Shown here: piece after piece, positions 61,108 to 64,000 of the stretch
Layout of the letters: each line of letters starts with the position of its first letter
How positions within the stretch are numbered: the stretch's first letter is position 1
Assembly (NCBI GenBank): GCA_041660065.1
Contig: JBAZXC010000001.1
Location: forward strand, 200,535 to 264,534
Direction: 5' to 3'
Source of the DNA: Parcubacteria group bacterium
Lineage (GTDB): Bacteria > Patescibacteriota > Minisyncoccia > Moranbacterales > GCA-2747515
Length of the DNA stretch: 64,000 bases
Position numbers and translations under genes: made by a program
Notes under the pieces: model-generated
Database searches by the model: none
Seen by the model: the letters and a program-made list of their open reading frames with translations, nothing else
Told to the model about the DNA's origin: nothing

Positions 61108-62319
61108 ATGACGACACATCCACTCAAAGAAACACTTGTTGACATCCGAGATGGTTTGCATCTCACACGCAAAAGCCTCTTGCGCTCGGTCGAATTTCAA
61201 CTTTTTTTTGATATTGCCTATATTTTCTTTTTGATCTTTATTGCAAACATGTTTCTGCGGATTTCCGTTGATTTTTTTGACAAGATCCTCTTTCATCTCC
61301 GTGTCGGTAGTGCCATGGAGCACATACCCTATCTCTCTTTTATCAATTTTCATGCAGTATTTGTCCTCATTGGCGTTTTGTTCTTTTTTGCCCTCTTTTA
61401 TTTGATCGAAACAAATGCGATCATCATCATCACATCGTCATACTACCGCAATACGCCGATTTCCTCTCTGCGCGCGTTTTTGCGTTCATGCATCAAAACA
61501 CCTCACGTTCTCATGGTTCGCATCATTGAATTACGGATGCATTTTTATATTTTGATCGGACTATATTTCTTCTGGCAGATCATTTTGCAGGTCTTTCCAC
61601 ATACATCCTTTCTGCATTGGGGAAATATCGGCCTCATGATCTATTTGGTTATATTGGTCATTGCGATCCTTTTTCACTACACCATGAGCACCTATGTCAT
61701 CTGCCTGGAAAAAAATGAATCTCCCTACGACTTTGACGATCAAATCACCGTACATGCGAGTAAAAAACGCACACGATCCACGATCGCTTTTTACATGCTC
61801 TTTTTACTGATCGCGATCATCTGGATCATCTTTTTTTCCATGATCATGAAGGGCATGATATTTTTTTCTCATCATCACCCCCTTTTTGTGTCTGATATAT
61901 TGACACTATTCATTGCAGGAACGATCATGAGCATCTTTGTATTTTTGTCGATCACCAAAACATTGCGCATCAGTATTCTGACAATTATCTACTATGACGA
62001 ACGCTATGCACAACACAAAACAACGCCAATTATCGTACCGATGCGATCGCGAGGGCAAAAGAAGATTCTTACGATGATCATTATACTCACCATTGTTGCT
62101 CTGGGTATGTGTATCATTACATTTTCTGTTTACACCAAAACAGCATTGCTTGTATCGCATACGGAGGACTTCCTCCATGAACAACGGTCATACTCACTCA
62201 AAAACGTACCTCGTTCCAGTGATGCGATTGCCAATCGTTTTTTTTCCAAAGACTATACGACAATTGACATCATCGAAAACACATTATTCTCCTATATTTC
62301 TATCCTCATCAAAAAATAA
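61108..62319 (+). CDS. Polytopic membrane protein, possibly related to the GDPD membrane domain
   Basis: About 7 TM helices; no catalytic domain recognisable. Confidence 0.55.
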   Translation: MTTHPLKETLVDIRDGLHLTRKSLLRSVEFQLFFDIAYIFFLIFIANMFLRISVDFFDKILFHLRVGSAMEHIPYLSFINFHAVFVLIGVLFFFALFYLIETNAIIIITSSYYRNTPISSLRAFLRSCIKTPHVLMVRIIELRMHFYILIGLYFFWQIILQVFPHTSFLHWGNIGLMIYLVILVIAILFHYTMSTYVICLEKNESPYDFDDQITVHASKKRTRSTIAFYMLFLLIAIIWIIFFSMIMKGMIFFSHHHPLFVSDILTLFIAGTIMSIFVFLSITKTLRISILTIIYYDERYAQHKTTPIIVPMRSRGQKKILTMIIILTIVALGMCIITFSVYTKTALLVSHTEDFLHEQRSYSLKNVPRSSDAIANRFFSKDYTTIDIIENTLFSYISILIKK

Positions 62320-62392
62320 TAACCCATGTGCTACTCACAAAAAAACCGCACGACATCATGCGGTTTTTAAAATACTATGTATACACCTTTAT

Positions 62393-62992
62393 TTACGCCA
62401 TTGGTGTTGGATTTGGCGTTGGCATTGGTGGTGCCATCGGTTGCAACGGCTTGGTATATGTTGCCGATCCAAACGCAAGCATCGGGAAGAAGATGATGCT
62501 CAGAAAGATCAGACCCAATGTATACCCAACCCCCTTGCCAAATGCCTTGCTCAACTCATGATAGATCATGATGATCACGACGAAGTTTACAAATGGGATA
62601 AAGAGAAGCACGATCCACCAGATCGGCTTATTGACGATTTGTAATAATACGATTGCATTGTAAATTGGAATGATCGATGCCCATCCCGGTTGTCCCGCTT
62701 TTGTAAAGATCTTCCACATGGACACAAGCATCAACACAATAACTGCAAACCAGATGAGAAACATCACAAGTCCCACACCCGCCATAGCAGCTGCAGCTGC
62801 CGGATCGATCTCTTGTTGTGGCATGCCGGTTCCTGTGTAATAACCGTCTATCGTATAATTATCTCCCGTCGTATAATCTGCGTCCGACGCAGTATAATCA
62901 CCGCTGTAATACATATCTTCTGTTGTGGCATTGGCGATGGCCAGTGTCACACCGTCACCAACATGCAGTGTTGGAGTTGCTGTAGCATCCAT
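62393..62992 (-). CDS. DUF5684-family membrane protein
   Basis: WKIFTKAGQPGWASIIPIYN...LSKAFGKG...LAFG. Confidence 0.85.
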   Translation of the reverse strand: MDATATPTLHVGDGVTLAIANATTEDMYYSGDYTASDADYTTGDNYTIDGYYTGTGMPQQEIDPAAAAAMAGVGLVMFLIWFAVIVLMLVSMWKIFTKAGQPGWASIIPIYNAIVLLQIVNKPIWWIVLLFIPFVNFVVIIMIYHELSKAFGKGVGYTLGLIFLSIIFFPMLAFGSATYTKPLQPMAPPMPTPNPTPMA

Positions 62993-63067
62993 ATTTTTTT
63001 ATTAAATACTTATGCGTCCATTATAGCAAATATCGCAAAAAATGGACAATCACATTATTGTTTCTCG

Positions 63068-63138
63068 TCGGGGTACGCGGGATCGAACCGCGACTACAAG
63101 ACCCCCAGCCTTGCGTACTACCACTATACGATACCCCG
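63068..63138 (-). tRNA. tRNA-Pro(GGG)
   Basis: CGGGGTA acceptor stem, CAAGG-CT GGG GG-TCTTG anticodon arm, GGTTCGATCC T-arm; CCA not encoded. Confidence 0.96.
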
Positions 63139-63173
63139 CATAATCTTTTTTATATTATAACATTGTTTTCCTG

Positions 63174-63244
63174 TCGGGGCGCCGAGAATCGAACTCGGTC
63201 TACATGAACCCGAATCATGCGTACTACCGGTATACTACGCCCCG
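63174..63244 (-). tRNA. tRNA-Pro(CGG)
   Basis: CGGGGCG acceptor stem, CATGA-TT CGG GT-TCATG anticodon arm, GTTCGATTC T-arm; CCA not encoded. Confidence 0.96.
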
Positions 63245-63406
63245 CACTACAAACATCATCCATTCTACCCAAAAAATAGGATGATTGCAACCGATGACCA
63301 TCCATCGCATTTTTTCACGCACATTATGTGCACATATTATGAACAGACGCTTTTTACAAAGGTCTGCTATAATACGTACATCGTTAAATACTATCCTTTT
63401 TCCCCT

Positions 63407-64000
63407 ATGGCAGAAAAAACAGAAATGCGTATGCCCCCTCAAGCGTCCGAAGCAGAAAAAACCGTCCTCGGCGCACTGATGGTAGACAAAGATGCGATCA
63501 CCAAAATTGCAGATTTGATCGCGGTTGGCGACTTTTACAAAGAAGCACACAACACGATCTATGGTGCGATGCTCAAACTCTATGAGCACAACGACCCGAT
63601 CGACGTGTTGAGCTTGTCCAATGCCCTCGAGGAAAACAACAAGATCGACTCGGTTGGCGGCGCATCATATCTCGCGTCACTGGTGCGTGGCGTCACAAGC
63701 GCATCTAATATCACCTACTACGCCAAGATCATTCAAAAAAAGGCGGTACTTCGCCGCTTGATCGCCATTGCGTCAGAGATCAATGAGTTGGGTTATAATG
63801 AGGCTGAAGATATTGAAAAGGTTCTGGACGATGCAGAGCAAAAGATCTTTAGCGTGTCACAAAAATCTCTCAAACAAGAATTCACACCGATCAAAACCAT
63901 TCTCGGAGAAGCATTTGATCGCCTCGATGATCTCCACAGGAACAAAGGTGTGATGCGCGGCGTCCCTACGGGATTTCCCGATTTGGATGAATTACTCTCC
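63407..64000 (+). CDS. dnaB: Replicative DNA helicase DnaB, N-terminal part (runs off the window edge)
   Basis: Manual translation MAEKTEMRMPPQASEAEKTVLGAL...DFYKEAH...PID...VGGASYL...LRRLI...GVPTGFPDLD. Confidence 0.96.
   Translation, partial: MAEKTEMRMPPQASEAEKTVLGALMVDKDAITKIADLIAVGDFYKEAHNTIYGAMLKLYEHNDPIDVLSLSNALEENNKIDSVGGASYLASLVRGVTSASNITYYAKIIQKKAVLRRLIAIASEINELGYNEAEDIEKVLDDAEQKIFSVSQKSLKQEFTPIKTILGEAFDRLDDLHRNKGVMRGVPTGFPDLDELLS

Noticed and set aside
63068-63244. tRNA-Pro pair as an integration site of a genomic island
   Set aside because: I saw no integrase and no duplicated tRNA 3' end in the window.
1-64000. Alternative genetic code (TGA = Gly), prophage or anti-phage defence system
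   Set aside because: Conserved genes such as dxr, pyrH and glyA end at TGA at the expected length, and no phage structural, integrase, transposase or known defence motifs were recognised.

Overview
Chromosomal window from a small-genome bacterium using genetic code 11 (TGA is a stop). Gene content and style (archaeal-type pyrH, PIF1 helicase, sortase, housekeeping genes without Shine-Dalgarno sequences) suggest CPR/Patescibacteria, probably Parcubacteria; this is inference. Housekeeping genes (secA, secDF, gltX, mltG, pyrH, rpmA, pyrG, rplI, galU, glyA, pheST, rnhA, cls, two tRNA-Pro, partial dnaB) are interspersed with a partly AT-rich surface-glycosylation locus, surface/lipoprotein genes and monocistronic orphans. 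Genes run almost entirely on + before about 34 kb and mostly on - after about 35 kb. The 1.3-kb gap at the switch holds a symmetric dif-like site, two extra half-sites and a KOPS-like octamer (three more lie upstream), so the window probably spans the replication terminus. Other highlights: orphan cassettes with a promoter, boxA-like motif, strong SD and terminator; an mTERF-like protein; a histidine kinase/pseudokinase pair sharing a 47-bp upstream box; a parvulin-like insert in SecD; a MITE-like palindromic repeat; and strong GATC enrichment in core genes. All calls come from reading motifs by eye; no searches were run.
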